Assembly (NCBI GenBank): GCA_965116885.1
Contig: OZ220741.1
Location: forward strand, 2,816,001 to 2,880,000
DNA from: Candidatus Latescibacterota bacterium
Lineage (GTDB): Bacteria; Latescibacterota; UBA2968
Direction of reading: 5' to 3'
DNA length: 64,000 nucleotides
The notes under the pieces were generated by a model. That model was not told where the DNA came from. It did not search any database and saw only the letters and a list, made by a program, of their open reading frames with translations. The position numbers were made by a program, and so were the translations under genes. Numbering within the stretch: the stretch's first letter is position 1; each line of letters begins with the position of its first letter. Below, piece after piece: positions 9,438 through 19,982 of the stretch.

Positions 9438-10604
9438 TCACATGGATTCTTCGTAAAGGGCGATTACGTCTTTTATCGTTGTTTTGCGCGGGTTGACCTG
9501 AATATTGCCGCTTTTCATCGCGTCTTCGGCCATGACATGGATGCCTTCGGCTTTTGCACCGGCTTCGCCCAATGTGGCGGGAATGCCCACATCATCGGAT
9601 AGGTTTTGCACGGCTTCAACGGCGAGAGCAGATGCGTCAACAGCACTCAGTCCATCTACATCTTCACCCATGGCGGCGGCGATGTCGGCGAATCTTTCCG
9701 GGCAGGCATAGCGATTGTAGGTCATGATGCGGGTGAGCAAGATCGAGTTGGCAATGCCGTGTGGCACGCCGTAGTGACCGCCGACTGGATGTGACATGGC
9801 ATGTACGTTTCCCAAACGCGTTTGTGAGAATGCGAACCCGGCCATGGTGCTGCCGATGATCATGTTTTGCGTGGCCTCGTGGTTGTGGTCGCTGTACGCG
9901 GCTTGTCGCAAATTTTGCGAGATGAGGCGGATGGCGTGCAGGGCCATGCCTTCGGAGATGGGGTTGGACATCAGCGACACATAGGATTCAATGGCGTGTG
10001 TCAATGCATCCATACCAGTAGCAGCGGCAATGGGTAGCGGCAATGCGACAGCCATATCGGCATCGAGAATGCCCACATCGGGAATGACATGGGGACCTGC
10101 GACGGTGCCTTTGAAGTGGTTGTCGTCGGTAATGACGGCAAAGGGCGTGACTTCACTGGCTGTGCCATAGGTGGTGGGGATGCACAGGAGAAAGGGGATG
10201 GGGCCGGGAACGGGTTTTTCGCCAATAAAATAATCGGTGATTTTACCCCCGTGATTGACGAGTACGCCCGAGGTTTTTGCCACGTCCATCGAGGACCCCC
10301 CGCCAATGGCGAGCAAGAAATCGCAATTTTCCGACTGATATTGCGCGGCACAATCCTCGACATTGCGAATGGGCGGGTTGGGTTCAACGCCGTCGTAGAT
10401 GCTGTAGGCGATGTGCGCCTTGTCGAGTATCTCTGTAACGCGCGCGACAACGCCAGCCTGAACGAGACCCCTGTCGGTGACGATTTGTGCCTTTTTTACC
10501 TGTTTTTCATTTACAATTTGTGGGATGTTGCCAATGGTGCCCCGTCCCATGACGAGGTGTGTGGGGCCATAGTAACTAAAGTGATCTTGAAATGCCACGA
10601 GCAA
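9438..10604 (-). CDS. Iron-containing alcohol dehydrogenase
   Basis: GGGSSMD, PTTYGTASEVT, DALTHAIE, HAMSH, HGIAN. Confidence 0.93.
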   Translation of the reverse strand: MLVAFQDHFSYYGPTHLVMGRGTIGNIPQIVNEKQVKKAQIVTDRGLVQAGVVARVTEILDKAHIAYSIYDGVEPNPPIRNVEDCAAQYQSENCDFLLAIGGGSSMDVAKTSGVLVNHGGKITDYFIGEKPVPGPIPFLLCIPTTYGTASEVTPFAVITDDNHFKGTVAGPHVIPDVGILDADMAVALPLPIAAATGMDALTHAIESYVSLMSNPISEGMALHAIRLISQNLRQAAYSDHNHEATQNMIIGSTMAGFAFSQTRLGNVHAMSHPVGGHYGVPHGIANSILLTRIMTYNRYACPERFADIAAAMGEDVDGLSAVDASALAVEAVQNLSDDVGIPATLGEAGAKAEGIHVMAEDAMKSGNIQVNPRKTTIKDVIALYEESM

Positions 10605-10698
10605 ATTCCTCTGCGATTTTTATTTTTGAATAGTAGAAAAAAGAAAATGGTTTTTGATGGCGTTGTCAATGAGATAAAAACACACCCGTGGCGTTGGT

Positions 10699-13600
10699 TT
10701 AGAACGATGTGCCGAGGCGGACGTAGTAGCCGACGCCTTCCGGATCGGTGAATCGGTATGCCACGCCGAGGCGATAGCGGATTGCCGAATAGAGGACGTA
10801 ATAGTCGATGATAATCTCGGTGCCAGCCGAGAAGAGTGGGCGCGATTGCGATGTGTCGCTTCCATAGGTGTTGGCGGCGTCGGCGAAGAATGTCCAGAAG
10901 ATGCGGTTGTAGTGTATCGGCCACGCCCGCAGGCCGCGATTCTCTAATGCGAGGGGGGCGCGGTATTCCAGGGATGCGGACCAGGCGTGCTGGCCCGACC
11001 GCGTAGATGTATCGTATCCTCGTGCCGGGAAAGTGATCGGCTCAGCGCCTCCGAGGTCGAAGTAGTCGTTATCACTGCCCGGACCTCGAGATGCGCCAGC
11101 ACTCGCGCGCAGTGCCAGGACGGGTGCCGCGAATTGGCGACCCGGAAACCAGTGTGGCAGTCTCGCGTAGGTCCTGATGGTGCTTCTGATGTCATCTACT
11201 GAGCGGTTGTTTGAGGCAGGAGAGAGGTCGTGGCGTCGCCTGACGCGGACGGAGAACGATGTGCCGGTCGCCTGTCCCATCTGAAAGGCGGATGAGCGCG
11301 CATTGGTGGCGGAAAAACGCACCGATAGTTCGCCCAGGGTGCTGCGCGGATCGTCGAGTCGGAACCGATGGGTTTTTCGTAGCGCGGAGTCCAGTACTTC
11401 TCGATCCTCTCGCACGAGTCCGCCGGAGACTGTGAATGAGACACCGCTTCGCGCCTTTGGCTTTACCAGGGTCATTGATCCTGAGGCGCGGCGTTCTCGT
11501 TCGAGGATGAAGAAGGTTTCGGTTGGGGCATCGGTGCTCTCCTGGTATAATCTGGCACCGTCTTCGTCCCAGTCCTGCGATAGCGATAACCCGAGCGAGG
11601 GGTTCCCCAGGCCGCGGTACTGGTACGACAGATTGCCGGCTACTCTTTCGTCAGAATACGATCTAATTGGCAGGAAAATACGAGCACCGATTTCGTATTC
11701 GTGCCGGCTTACGAGGTCGATCCCGGAGGTGCGAGCGCCGATGGATGTACCGAGTACTTTGGTGCGGCGTATCGTCGTTTCTCCCTTGTGGTGAGCGGGT
11801 ACTGAGATGGGGTGATTCCATATGGGTTCCCAGTAGTAGGGACGCAGGGTCGCAAGCGGCGAGTAGGCACGTACCCGTCCTTCTGCGCGTCCGCGTGGTC
11901 TGTTGGAGACCTCGGCAGTGGTGTGTGTCGAGTCCGCGCGAGGCGCAGGTGGTGCAGCAATGGGTTTGAATGGAATCCGTTCGATCTCCCAGCCATCGAC
12001 ATGGTAAGCCGAGAAGTAGAGCCAGCGGTCCGACGGATCGACGCTGGGATGTGCCGCTCCTGTGCGGAGATTGGTTAGCATGACGGGGGGCGAGACTTGT
12101 CCCCTATCGACTTGTGCAGCGAGTATGTTCGGGATGCCGCTGCGGTCAGACGCCCAGACCAGCCACTGCCCGTTGGCACTCCATGATGGGGCGAAGTCGA
12201 GGGCGCGATCGCGGGTCACTTCGCAGATGAGGTTGCCATGTGTATCGAGGAGGACGATGTCGTGGTGCCCTCGGGTCCAGCGGGTCGCCGCGATCCATTG
12301 GCCATCGGGTGAGATTGCTGGGTAAGCCCAGTGGATATCCGGGTCGGGATGGACCAGCATTTCGATGGCACCGTTGCCGAGATTGACCCGCGCCAGCCCG
12401 CTGGTTCCCCCTCCTTCGGCGACAGCGACTGCCCAGCCTGCAGGACTGGCCGATGGGGCGGTTAAGCGGCCGCGAGTTGTTATGCGTCGTACATCACTGC
12501 CCGGCGTTACGCGGTAGAGATCTCTAAATCTGCGATAGCGACCAGCAAATTCATATTGCGCGAAGACGATGTCTCCATTGGGGGTGAAGGCAAATGTGGT
12601 GCTGCCGTTGGTCAGGGCTACGGTCGATTCATCACTGCCATCTAATCTGGTTGATACCAGTTTGGCATCTGACCGTCCATCTGATCGGATGTAGTACAGT
12701 GTTTCGCCATCGGGCGATACTTTTGGGTGGTATGCATAGCGGGCACCGCGGGTTATCGCCTGTGGCTCGGTGATTGCACCGAATCTGGCGAGGCGGGTGT
12801 CCAATTTTGCCGCTGCTGTTCGCTGTGTATCTGCCCACGCTTTCCACTCGTTCGTCAAGGTGGTGCCAAAGGCGCTGCGTCCGGCGGCATCGAGACGGTA
12901 GGGTATCCACTGTTTTTCCACTGCTTTGACGAAGGCTATCATGCGGTCGCGCCCGTATTTTTGTATCAGGTGCTCAAAGAAGAGCGATCCGTAAGCATAA
13001 ACACGGGTGCCACCCGGCCACTGGGGCGAGTTGCCACCCGCCTGACCGATGGACTCAAACCGCCCTTCGAGAGCCGCTGTTCGCAGTACCATTTTGTGGA
13101 ATGTTCCAAGAGTGCGTCCGGTGCCAGTCAGTGCGGATTCGTACCAGACGGCAATGCCTTCGCGTACCCATCGCGGGGTAGCGCGTGCGGGGATTGTAAA
13201 AGCCGGGACTCGCAGGCGTTCGACTGGAGAAAATGAGATGTAGGGGGACGGTACGCGTCCAAATGGTTTGTGCAACAAGCTATAGCGGCCCGGGCGATCA
13301 ATGTGGAAGATGTGCGTCAGTTCGTGTACGATGACGTTTTCCAGCCGATCGTTGTAATAAGCACGTCCGAAAGAGTCGATAGGTGGGCGGGCGTAGATGG
13401 TGATTCGGTTTGAGGGACGCACACTCGCGTAGCCGTTCGAGACGTCGATGTGATCGGTTAGTACAAGATCGATTATTCCGCGGGGCGCAGCGATGAATTG
13501 TTCGGATAACCGGGCGTGCGCCCATTCTGCGCGTTCCGCTGCCCTGCGTCCCAGGTCTTCGAGATGTGCGGGAAACGTGACGCGAAAGTGTTCTGTATCG

Positions 13601-13701
13601 AGCGTGCGCCACGATTCGTCTGGTGCAATGCGTTGTGCCGATGCAGACGCCGTACAGATGGCGAAGACGAGTAATACTTTTATCCCTATACTCATACTCA
13701 A
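10699..13701 (-). CDS. Secreted metallopeptidase-like / PD40 beta-propeller / Omp85-like outer-membrane protein
   Basis: Signal peptide. HELTH with a downstream EG (gluzincin-like), SPDG/PSWS TolB-like repeats, and C-terminal amphipathic beta-strands ending in Phe. Confidence 0.75.
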   Translation of the reverse strand: MSMSIGIKVLLVFAICTASASAQRIAPDESWRTLDTEHFRVTFPAHLEDLGRRAAERAEWAHARLSEQFIAAPRGIIDLVLTDHIDVSNGYASVRPSNRITIYARPPIDSFGRAYYNDRLENVIVHELTHIFHIDRPGRYSLLHKPFGRVPSPYISFSPVERLRVPAFTIPARATPRWVREGIAVWYESALTGTGRTLGTFHKMVLRTAALEGRFESIGQAGGNSPQWPGGTRVYAYGSLFFEHLIQKYGRDRMIAFVKAVEKQWIPYRLDAAGRSAFGTTLTNEWKAWADTQRTAAAKLDTRLARFGAITEPQAITRGARYAYHPKVSPDGETLYYIRSDGRSDAKLVSTRLDGSDESTVALTNGSTTFAFTPNGDIVFAQYEFAGRYRRFRDLYRVTPGSDVRRITTRGRLTAPSASPAGWAVAVAEGGGTSGLARVNLGNGAIEMLVHPDPDIHWAYPAISPDGQWIAATRWTRGHHDIVLLDTHGNLICEVTRDRALDFAPSWSANGQWLVWASDRSGIPNILAAQVDRGQVSPPVMLTNLRTGAAHPSVDPSDRWLYFSAYHVDGWEIERIPFKPIAAPPAPRADSTHTTAEVSNRPRGRAEGRVRAYSPLATLRPYYWEPIWNHPISVPAHHKGETTIRRTKVLGTSIGARTSGIDLVSRHEYEIGARIFLPIRSYSDERVAGNLSYQYRGLGNPSLGLSLSQDWDEDGARLYQESTDAPTETFFILERERRASGSMTLVKPKARSGVSFTVSGGLVREDREVLDSALRKTHRFRLDDPRSTLGELSVRFSATNARSSAFQMGQATGTSFSVRVRRRHDLSPASNNRSVDDIRSTIRTYARLPHWFPGRQFAAPVLALRASAGASRGPGSDNDYFDLGGAEPITFPARGYDTSTRSGQHAWSASLEYRAPLALENRGLRAWPIHYNRIFWTFFADAANTYGSDTSQSRPLFSAGTEIIIDYYVLYSAIRYRLGVAYRFTDPEGVGYYVRLGTSF

Positions 13702-13708
13702 TTTTTTA

Positions 13709-15697
13709 TTAAAAATTGTGGAAACCGTGTCCCGAGCCTGGGAACCAGATGAGGTCTATGACCATTCCGACGCCAATGCCGGTGCAATAGCCAATTACTG
13801 TGCCGTAGAAGAAGGGTTTTGCGCGTTCGTAGAGGCGGGGGCCGCCAAAATGGACGATGAGGAGTTTGGCCGCCCAGACCATGAGTATGCTCAGGGCGTA
13901 ATAGCGCGGTCCCGTTGTGTATTGAAATGCGAGGCCGAGGGGATGCAGCGGCCAGCGGGGAAACCATGTGCGCAGGCCCGCCAATAATGCGGCTATTCCT
14001 GCGCCCAGAAGCCAGATGCTGAGTTTTTGAAGGTCGAAAGATGTTTTTTCGGTTTCGCCCAACGCGCGTCCAATTCCGCCAAAAATACTCAGGGGTCCTT
14101 CCCAGAGGGTCCAGGAACGCAGGAAGAGTGCGGAGTCGCGATAACAATAGTAGATGATGGTGGCGGCACAGACAAAGAAGCCCATGGTGAATGCGAGAAA
14201 GACGACGCTATTCGTCCAGTGTTTGCCTCGTTCTGAGGGCACGTCGTCCATGGCTTTGAAGTGGTGGGGCAATACCTGCATGGTTTGAATGCGTCCGCCG
14301 CCGTAGAATACGCCGCTGTTGACGAGGTGCATTGCGGTCATTTCGCGGGTCGATAGGGTGGCTGTGCCGAGAATGGAGTTGACAAAGCCCGATCCTTTGA
14401 TCCACACGGGGAAGAGATATCCAAATCCGCTGGCGGCAATGAATTTGGAGGTTGCAAAATACGCGATGAACATCAATAGCAGATGGACAACTGCAAGGGA
14501 TAGCGACATGCCCAGGGATATGAAAAAGCTACAGAGATATAGCACGGAAATGATCAGGCCGATAACGGCGAAGCGATAGGAAATGGGGCCATCGCCGCGT
14601 TCGCCGTTTAAGGCGGTTTTTGCGACATGTATCAGATGCCGTCGCGCGATCCATACAGACCAGACGACGAGTACGGTCATTGCACCGTGGCTTTCCAGGT
14701 TGATGATTTCTCCGCCTTTGGCAACTTGTCCTTCTAACCCGACTGTGAAACCCGTGCGGTTGATGACGCCCATTTTGACCACGGCGAAGAGGCCAAAGAA
14801 CCAGAAGCTGAACAGAAGATCCAGGCTACACAAATATCCGAGGCCAATGACCAGGGGTAAGACGCGCAAATAGACGGGCGGAAAGCTCTGTGCAACGGTC
14901 ATGGATTTGGTGTTGATGCTGTCAAAGAGGGTGATGCGGGGTACGTTGGGGAACCAGAAGTTGATGATGTTCCATCCAATGATGCCCGCGGTCCAGGCAA
15001 AGCCGGCCCAGAAGATGGGGTCACGGAAAATTTTGGGTAATGCGCGTCCTTCGCCAAAGCCCTCCATGAGGTCCATGGGGAAGTTGACGAGTGGGTAGGT
15101 CAAGCGTTCGGCATCTGCCCATTGGCGGTGAAAAATAGAGATGACAAAAAATCCGGCGGCCATGAAGGCGAGGACGCCAGAGAACCACCATAAGACGGAG
15201 GGTATCCAGCCTGTCCAGGGAACAGACTCGCCCGTGTGCAGGCCGAAGTAGAAGCGGTCCATGATCCAGGGGGTGGGTTCGGGAAATGCCCAGTGGGGCA
15301 GTTCATCTAAGAACAACTCTGCCCAGCGATTTTCCGGCGATGCAAAAAAATGGGGTGCGGGCAATGCGCCGATAAAGTATCCCATCCAGCCGACGCCGGG
15401 CATCATGCCCACGATCCACATGGTGGCAAAGATGACCATCATTTCATGGCGTGAGAGTACAGATTTGGGCGAGAATCGGGCGATGAACATGTTGATCACG
15501 ACCCAGATGAGGAATCCCATGATGAGTGCGACGGGAAAACTGGATTTGACCATCGATCCCGCGTGGAGTACGATTTCGAGGACATTTTGAGAATAGGCCA
15601 TCAGGCCAGCGGTGAGCAAGCCAAGGAGGATGGATCGCCCGGTGATGCGCGGGGATTCGGTCGGTTGAATTTGAGGATCGGGTTGTGAAATAGCCAT
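13709..15697 (-). CDS. Polytopic membrane protein, DUF6785/DUF6784-like (putative transporter)
   Basis: Many TM segments. Motifs RQWADAERLTYPL, WPLHPLG, GGPRLYERAKPFFYG. Confidence 0.7.
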   Translation of the reverse strand: MAISQPDPQIQPTESPRITGRSILLGLLTAGLMAYSQNVLEIVLHAGSMVKSSFPVALIMGFLIWVVINMFIARFSPKSVLSRHEMMVIFATMWIVGMMPGVGWMGYFIGALPAPHFFASPENRWAELFLDELPHWAFPEPTPWIMDRFYFGLHTGESVPWTGWIPSVLWWFSGVLAFMAAGFFVISIFHRQWADAERLTYPLVNFPMDLMEGFGEGRALPKIFRDPIFWAGFAWTAGIIGWNIINFWFPNVPRITLFDSINTKSMTVAQSFPPVYLRVLPLVIGLGYLCSLDLLFSFWFFGLFAVVKMGVINRTGFTVGLEGQVAKGGEIINLESHGAMTVLVVWSVWIARRHLIHVAKTALNGERGDGPISYRFAVIGLIISVLYLCSFFISLGMSLSLAVVHLLLMFIAYFATSKFIAASGFGYLFPVWIKGSGFVNSILGTATLSTREMTAMHLVNSGVFYGGGRIQTMQVLPHHFKAMDDVPSERGKHWTNSVVFLAFTMGFFVCAATIIYYCYRDSALFLRSWTLWEGPLSIFGGIGRALGETEKTSFDLQKLSIWLLGAGIAALLAGLRTWFPRWPLHPLGLAFQYTTGPRYYALSILMVWAAKLLIVHFGGPRLYERAKPFFYGTVIGYCTGIGVGMVIDLIWFPGSGHGFHNF

Positions 15698-15724
15698 TTT
15701 GTGCTCCGTATTTAGAATGCGCGT

Positions 15725-15753
15725 AATATACGATGCCCAAACAGAGGTGTCAA
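15725..15753 (-). promoter_or_regulatory. Sigma70-like promoter
   Basis: TTGACA (15753-15748), 17-bp spacer, TATATT (15730-15725). Confidence 0.55.
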
Positions 15754-15847
15754 ATACCTGACGTTGTATTTGTCAATTTGTGATCTTGGGGTTATTATGG
15801 AGAGGCTGGGGACTGGTAGCTAAATCTCAAATATTTTCGGTTTTATT

Positions 15848-16102
15848 ATGGCACGCAAAGATATTCGAACCATTTCGATTTTTTGTGCGAAATGTAAAAC
15901 ACTGCTGTACAAATACCGCAAAGGTGGACGAGGCGGGTTGGTGAAGTGCATGGTGGAGCGGATTGCCGAAGACCATACCCGAGGGGATATGAAATGCCCA
16001 AAATGCAGGCAGGCGTTTGCGAGGTTCGTGATGTATGGTGGGCAGGCCGCGCACAAAATTATACAGGGAAAGGTTTTTACTAAGGGAATGAGTAGGCGGT
16101 AA
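15848..16102 (+). CDS. Small basic zinc-ribbon-like protein
   Basis: CAKC and CPKC pairs plus LYKYRKGGRGGLVKC. First gene of a plus-strand run. Confidence 0.7.
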   Translation: MARKDIRTISIFCAKCKTLLYKYRKGGRGGLVKCMVERIAEDHTRGDMKCPKCRQAFARFVMYGGQAAHKIIQGKVFTKGMSRR

Positions 16103-16123
16103 TAAAAAAGGAGCGAGAACAAG

Positions 16124-17314
16124 ATGGCTGAATTTGTCGCGAATTACGATGAAGACAAGGTACCCGATTACACGTTGCCCGATCCGTTGATTTTTGAAGA
16201 TGGGACAAAGGTCGAAGATGCGGCTATGTGGCAACAACGGCGGGCAGAGATTTTGTCTTTGTTTGAATCTCAGGTGTATGGCAAGATGCTGGGTGCATCG
16301 GCGGGCATGCATTTTGAGACTCGGTTTTGGAATGGGGATGCGCTGGATGGAATTTGCAAAGAAGTTCGGGTTTACTTTTCCACAGATGCGGAGCCACAGA
16401 TGGATATTTTAATTTTTTTGCCAAAAGACGCCGATGGGCCCGTGCCGTTGTTTGTGGGATTGAATTTTGGGGGAAACCATACCGTTCATTCCGATCCCGC
16501 CATTACATTGTCCGAGCAGTGGATGCGCTCGAAGACGGAGGGGGTTTTGGACCATCGGGCGACGGAAGCAGCGCGCGGTACGGCTGCAAGCAGGTGGCCT
16601 GTGGAGAGGATTTTGGCGAGGGGCTACGGTCTGGCTACGATTTATTGCGGCGATCTGGATCCGGATTATGACGATGGGTTTCAAAATGGCTTGCATCCGC
16701 TTTTTGATAGGCGAAATACTGGGGATGACTGGGGGGCTATTGGTGCGTGGGCGTGGGGATTGATGAGGGCGATGGATTATTTTGAAAGCGATGAGGCGAT
16801 TGATCACGCGCGGGTTGCTGTGATGGGGCATTCGCGATTGGGTAAGACAGCGTTGTGGGCTGGTGCGCAAGACGAGCGGTTTGCCCTTGTGATTTCAAAT
16901 AATTCGGGTTGTGGGGGTGCCGCGCTGTCCCGCCGTCGATATGGCGAAACAGTGGGGCGGATTAATACCAGTTTTCCACACTGGTTTTGCGATAATTTTA
17001 AGCGGTATAATGAACGCGAGGACGATTTGCCCGTTGATCAGCATTTGCTCATTGCTCTGATGGCGCCTCGTCCGGTTTATGTTGCCAGTGCAGAAGAAGA
17101 CCGCTGGGCGGATCCAAAGGGGGAGTTTTTGGGCGCGAAACACGCCGATGCGGTTTATCGTTTGTTGGGAACAGATGGTCTGGGTGCTGAAAATATGCCG
17201 CGTGTTCACGAGCCGATTACGAGCCGAATTGGGTATCATATTCGCGCAGGCGGGCACGCTGTGACGGATTACGATTGGGATCGGTATATAGATTTTGCCG
17301 ATAAACACTGGTAG
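16124..17314 (+). CDS. Carbohydrate esterase family 15 (glucuronoyl esterase-like)
   Basis: CE15 nucleophile motif [35 protein letters not shown]. Confidence 0.88.
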   Translation: MAEFVANYDEDKVPDYTLPDPLIFEDGTKVEDAAMWQQRRAEILSLFESQVYGKMLGASAGMHFETRFWNGDALDGICKEVRVYFSTDAEPQMDILIFLPKDADGPVPLFVGLNFGGNHTVHSDPAITLSEQWMRSKTEGVLDHRATEAARGTAASRWPVERILARGYGLATIYCGDLDPDYDDGFQNGLHPLFDRRNTGDDWGAIGAWAWGLMRAMDYFESDEAIDHARVAVMGHSRLGKTALWAGAQDERFALVISNNSGCGGAALSRRRYGETVGRINTSFPHWFCDNFKRYNEREDDLPVDQHLLIALMAPRPVYVASAEEDRWADPKGEFLGAKHADAVYRLLGTDGLGAENMPRVHEPITSRIGYHIRAGGHAVTDYDWDRYIDFADKHW

Positions 17315-17351
17315 TGAAGTTCGACGCGTGGTTGAACAGAAAGGAGTAGTT

Positions 17352-18404
17352 ATGACAACTCAAGCAGAACGATCTTACGCGCTTAAAGCTGTGCCGGGAT
17401 TTTATTCGTCTTATTCGGGTATTCAGATTGCGGCGCAGACGTCGGATAATGCGAGCGATGAAGATTTGCAATTTATGCAACAACTCGGCGTGGAATGGAT
17501 GATGGTCGGCGTTGACGACCAGGAGAACCAGAATGCCGATTATTATAAGGCTTTGAAAGACAGGTTTTCAAAATACGGTTTGCAGATTTATCGCATTGCC
17601 AATCGCAGTGTACACAATATGCCCGAAGTGACCCTGAATTTGCCGGGGCGCGATGAGAAGGTCGAGGAATTTATCACTTTTATTCGCAATCTGGGAGAGG
17701 CGGGTATTCCGTACAATACGTATGCACACATGGGCAATGGAATTTGGAGTTCGGGACGCATAACGCGGCGTGGGGGCATGGATGCGCGGACGCTCGATAT
17801 CGAGAATGCCACAGGGCATTGGGACGGTCAGATTTTTGAGGGCGAATTGACACATGGGCGGGTTTATAGCGAAGACGAGCTTTGGGAAAATTACGAGTAC
17901 ATGATTCGCAAGGTCGCGCCCGTTGCCGAGGAATCGGGTGTTTATATCGGCATTCATCCCGATGATCCTCCGGTGTATCCTCTGGGCGGGATTCCGCGCT
18001 GTATGTTTGGCAATTTTAAGGGGTACAAGCAGGCGATGGATATTGCGGATAGTCCAAATATCGGGGTTTGTTTGTGCGTGGGGTGCTGGCTCGAAGGGGG
18101 TAAAGAAGGCATGGGTGTGGATGTGATTGAGGCCATTCACTATTTTGCCAGCCGCAAGAAGTTGTTTAAGGTGCATTTTCGCAATGTTTCAAATCCGATG
18201 CCCGAGCCGTGGGCAGAGACTTTGATGGACGATGGGTACCAGGATATGCATGCGGTGATGAAAGCACTGCGGGAGGTGGAATTTGACGGGGCGATTATCC
18301 CCGATCATATCCCGCAGATCCTGGGAGGCCGTCGCGCTGGGGTGGCGTATTCGATTGCCTATATGCGCGCGCTGGTTCAAGCTGTGAATAACGAAGCGGG
18401 TTGA
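17352..18404 (+). CDS. uxuA: Mannonate dehydratase family protein
   Basis: IHPDDPP, VHFRNV, IPDHIP. Start at ATG 17352 after AAGGAG. Confidence 0.8.
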   Translation: MTTQAERSYALKAVPGFYSSYSGIQIAAQTSDNASDEDLQFMQQLGVEWMMVGVDDQENQNADYYKALKDRFSKYGLQIYRIANRSVHNMPEVTLNLPGRDEKVEEFITFIRNLGEAGIPYNTYAHMGNGIWSSGRITRRGGMDARTLDIENATGHWDGQIFEGELTHGRVYSEDELWENYEYMIRKVAPVAEESGVYIGIHPDDPPVYPLGGIPRCMFGNFKGYKQAMDIADSPNIGVCLCVGCWLEGGKEGMGVDVIEAIHYFASRKKLFKVHFRNVSNPMPEPWAETLMDDGYQDMHAVMKALREVEFDGAIIPDHIPQILGGRRAGVAYSIAYMRALVQAVNNEAG

Positions 18405-18410
18405 TAGGGA

Positions 18411-19871
18411 TTACGGTCCACGTTTTCCTGTCGCGATGATTGTACCGGCGGGCAATAAGGTGTCAGGTCGGTTTGGCAGGTCGTCGCCGATGCTGTGCAG
18501 CCAGGTCATGAGTCGATCGCGCAGATCGTTTTCTATGGTTGATATGTGGGGTAGCCCACTCAGGTTTTTCATTTCGTGTGGGTCGGTTTGCAGGTCGTAA
18601 AATTCGTCGATGTCTTGCGGATTCCACACGTATTTGTATCGTTCGTTGCGAATGGCGCGCACTTCAAAGCTATAACCGTTATAGCGATAGTAGGTGCCAT
18701 AGGCAATTTGCGGCCAGTCTGTGGGACGGCTTTGCGTACCGACGAGTGGGAGAAGGTTGCGTCCCTCGCGTGGTTGGTCAGGGGATGATTCGGCGCGGAT
18801 GAGAGAGAAGAGGGTTTCGCCGATGTCGAGCAATGAGACATAGGCGTCCTGGGTTGCAGGCGGTGTGTCGGGCGCGCGGATGATGAGTGGGATGCGCCAG
18901 ACTTCTTCGTAAAAATAAGCCCCTTTGTCAAATCGGTTGTGCGCGCCTTCCATGTCGCCGTGGTCAGATGTGAAGACAACGGTTGTTGATTCGGCGAGGT
19001 CGAGGCGGTCTATGGCGTCGAGAATGCGTCCGATGGCTTCATCGACCATTGTGATGTGTGCGTGGGAATAGGCGATAACGGTTTTCCATTCTTCTTCGTC
19101 GAGCGGGGAGGTGTCCATGCAACCCCACCAGGGTGTCGAATGGAAATCGGGGCGTCCCTCGCAGTTGTCGTTCAGGTTTGCAGGCAGTTCGACGCGCGTG
19201 CGGAGTTCCTGGGCGAGTTTGACGTATTCTTCGGGCAGGTGATGCGGAAAGTGTGGCGGTGCAGATGATACGGTGAGAAAGAAGGGTTTGTTTTGGTGGC
19301 TCTTAGCCCACGTTTCGAGAAATTTTACGCCTTTGTTTACGGTGGGGAAGGGTTGGATATTTTCTTTTTGTTGCGGTGAATCTCCCCAAAATGGCGCGCG
19401 TCCTTTGATGAGGTTTTGGGTTTGGTCGGCGTAGCTGGCAACGGTCTTTTCGTAGGTGTGATCATTTGTTTGTGGGTGGTATGGCTTTGAGTGTATTTCG
19501 ATATTGGGATCAAAGCCATGTGCGCCGCGTTTTTCAGGGTTGATATGCCCGAGGTGCCACTTGCCGTAGTAACCGACGTGATAGCCGAGGCGCACGGCTT
19601 CGTCAATCCAGGTTTTTTGATCGAGTGGCATGGATTCCTGGAGGGAATAGCCTACGGATTGGTTGTCGTAAACGCCATTTTGATGCGGCCAGCGAGCCGT
19701 GAGCAATGTCCCCCGGGCAGGTGTGCAGAGGGGGCAAGATGTGAAAGCATTTGTGAATACCGTGCCCTGGGATGACAGGCGGTCAATATTCGGTGTGGGG
19801 ATGTCGGCACCGAGAAAGCCAAATGCCCATGCAGGCCATTGGTCGGTGAGGATAAATAAGACGTTTTGCAT
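18411..19871 (-). CDS. Sulfatase (Cys-type)
   Basis: FILTDQ, CPLCTPAR (CxPxR), GKWH, SDHGD, YDLQTDPHE. Confidence 0.92.
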   Translation of the reverse strand: MQNVLFILTDQWPAWAFGFLGADIPTPNIDRLSSQGTVFTNAFTSCPLCTPARGTLLTARWPHQNGVYDNQSVGYSLQESMPLDQKTWIDEAVRLGYHVGYYGKWHLGHINPEKRGAHGFDPNIEIHSKPYHPQTNDHTYEKTVASYADQTQNLIKGRAPFWGDSPQQKENIQPFPTVNKGVKFLETWAKSHQNKPFFLTVSSAPPHFPHHLPEEYVKLAQELRTRVELPANLNDNCEGRPDFHSTPWWGCMDTSPLDEEEWKTVIAYSHAHITMVDEAIGRILDAIDRLDLAESTTVVFTSDHGDMEGAHNRFDKGAYFYEEVWRIPLIIRAPDTPPATQDAYVSLLDIGETLFSLIRAESSPDQPREGRNLLPLVGTQSRPTDWPQIAYGTYYRYNGYSFEVRAIRNERYKYVWNPQDIDEFYDLQTDPHEMKNLSGLPHISTIENDLRDRLMTWLHSIGDDLPNRPDTLLPAGTIIATGKRGP

Positions 19872-19887
19872 GATCAGAAGCCTTTCT

Positions 19888-19925
19888 TCTGCGTTTATCT
19901 GCGTTTATCTGCGTTCATCTGCGGA
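19888..19925 (-). repeat. Decamer tandem repeat (GCAGATRAAC)n
   Basis: Minus strand reads TCCGCAGATGAACGCAGATAAACGCAGATAAACGCAGA. Same family as 57494-57545. Confidence 0.85.
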
Positions 19926-19982
19926 TAGTGCTTTTGAATAATAAACCGATCTTTGCGGTATTTCGCAATCTCAGATTTGCCC

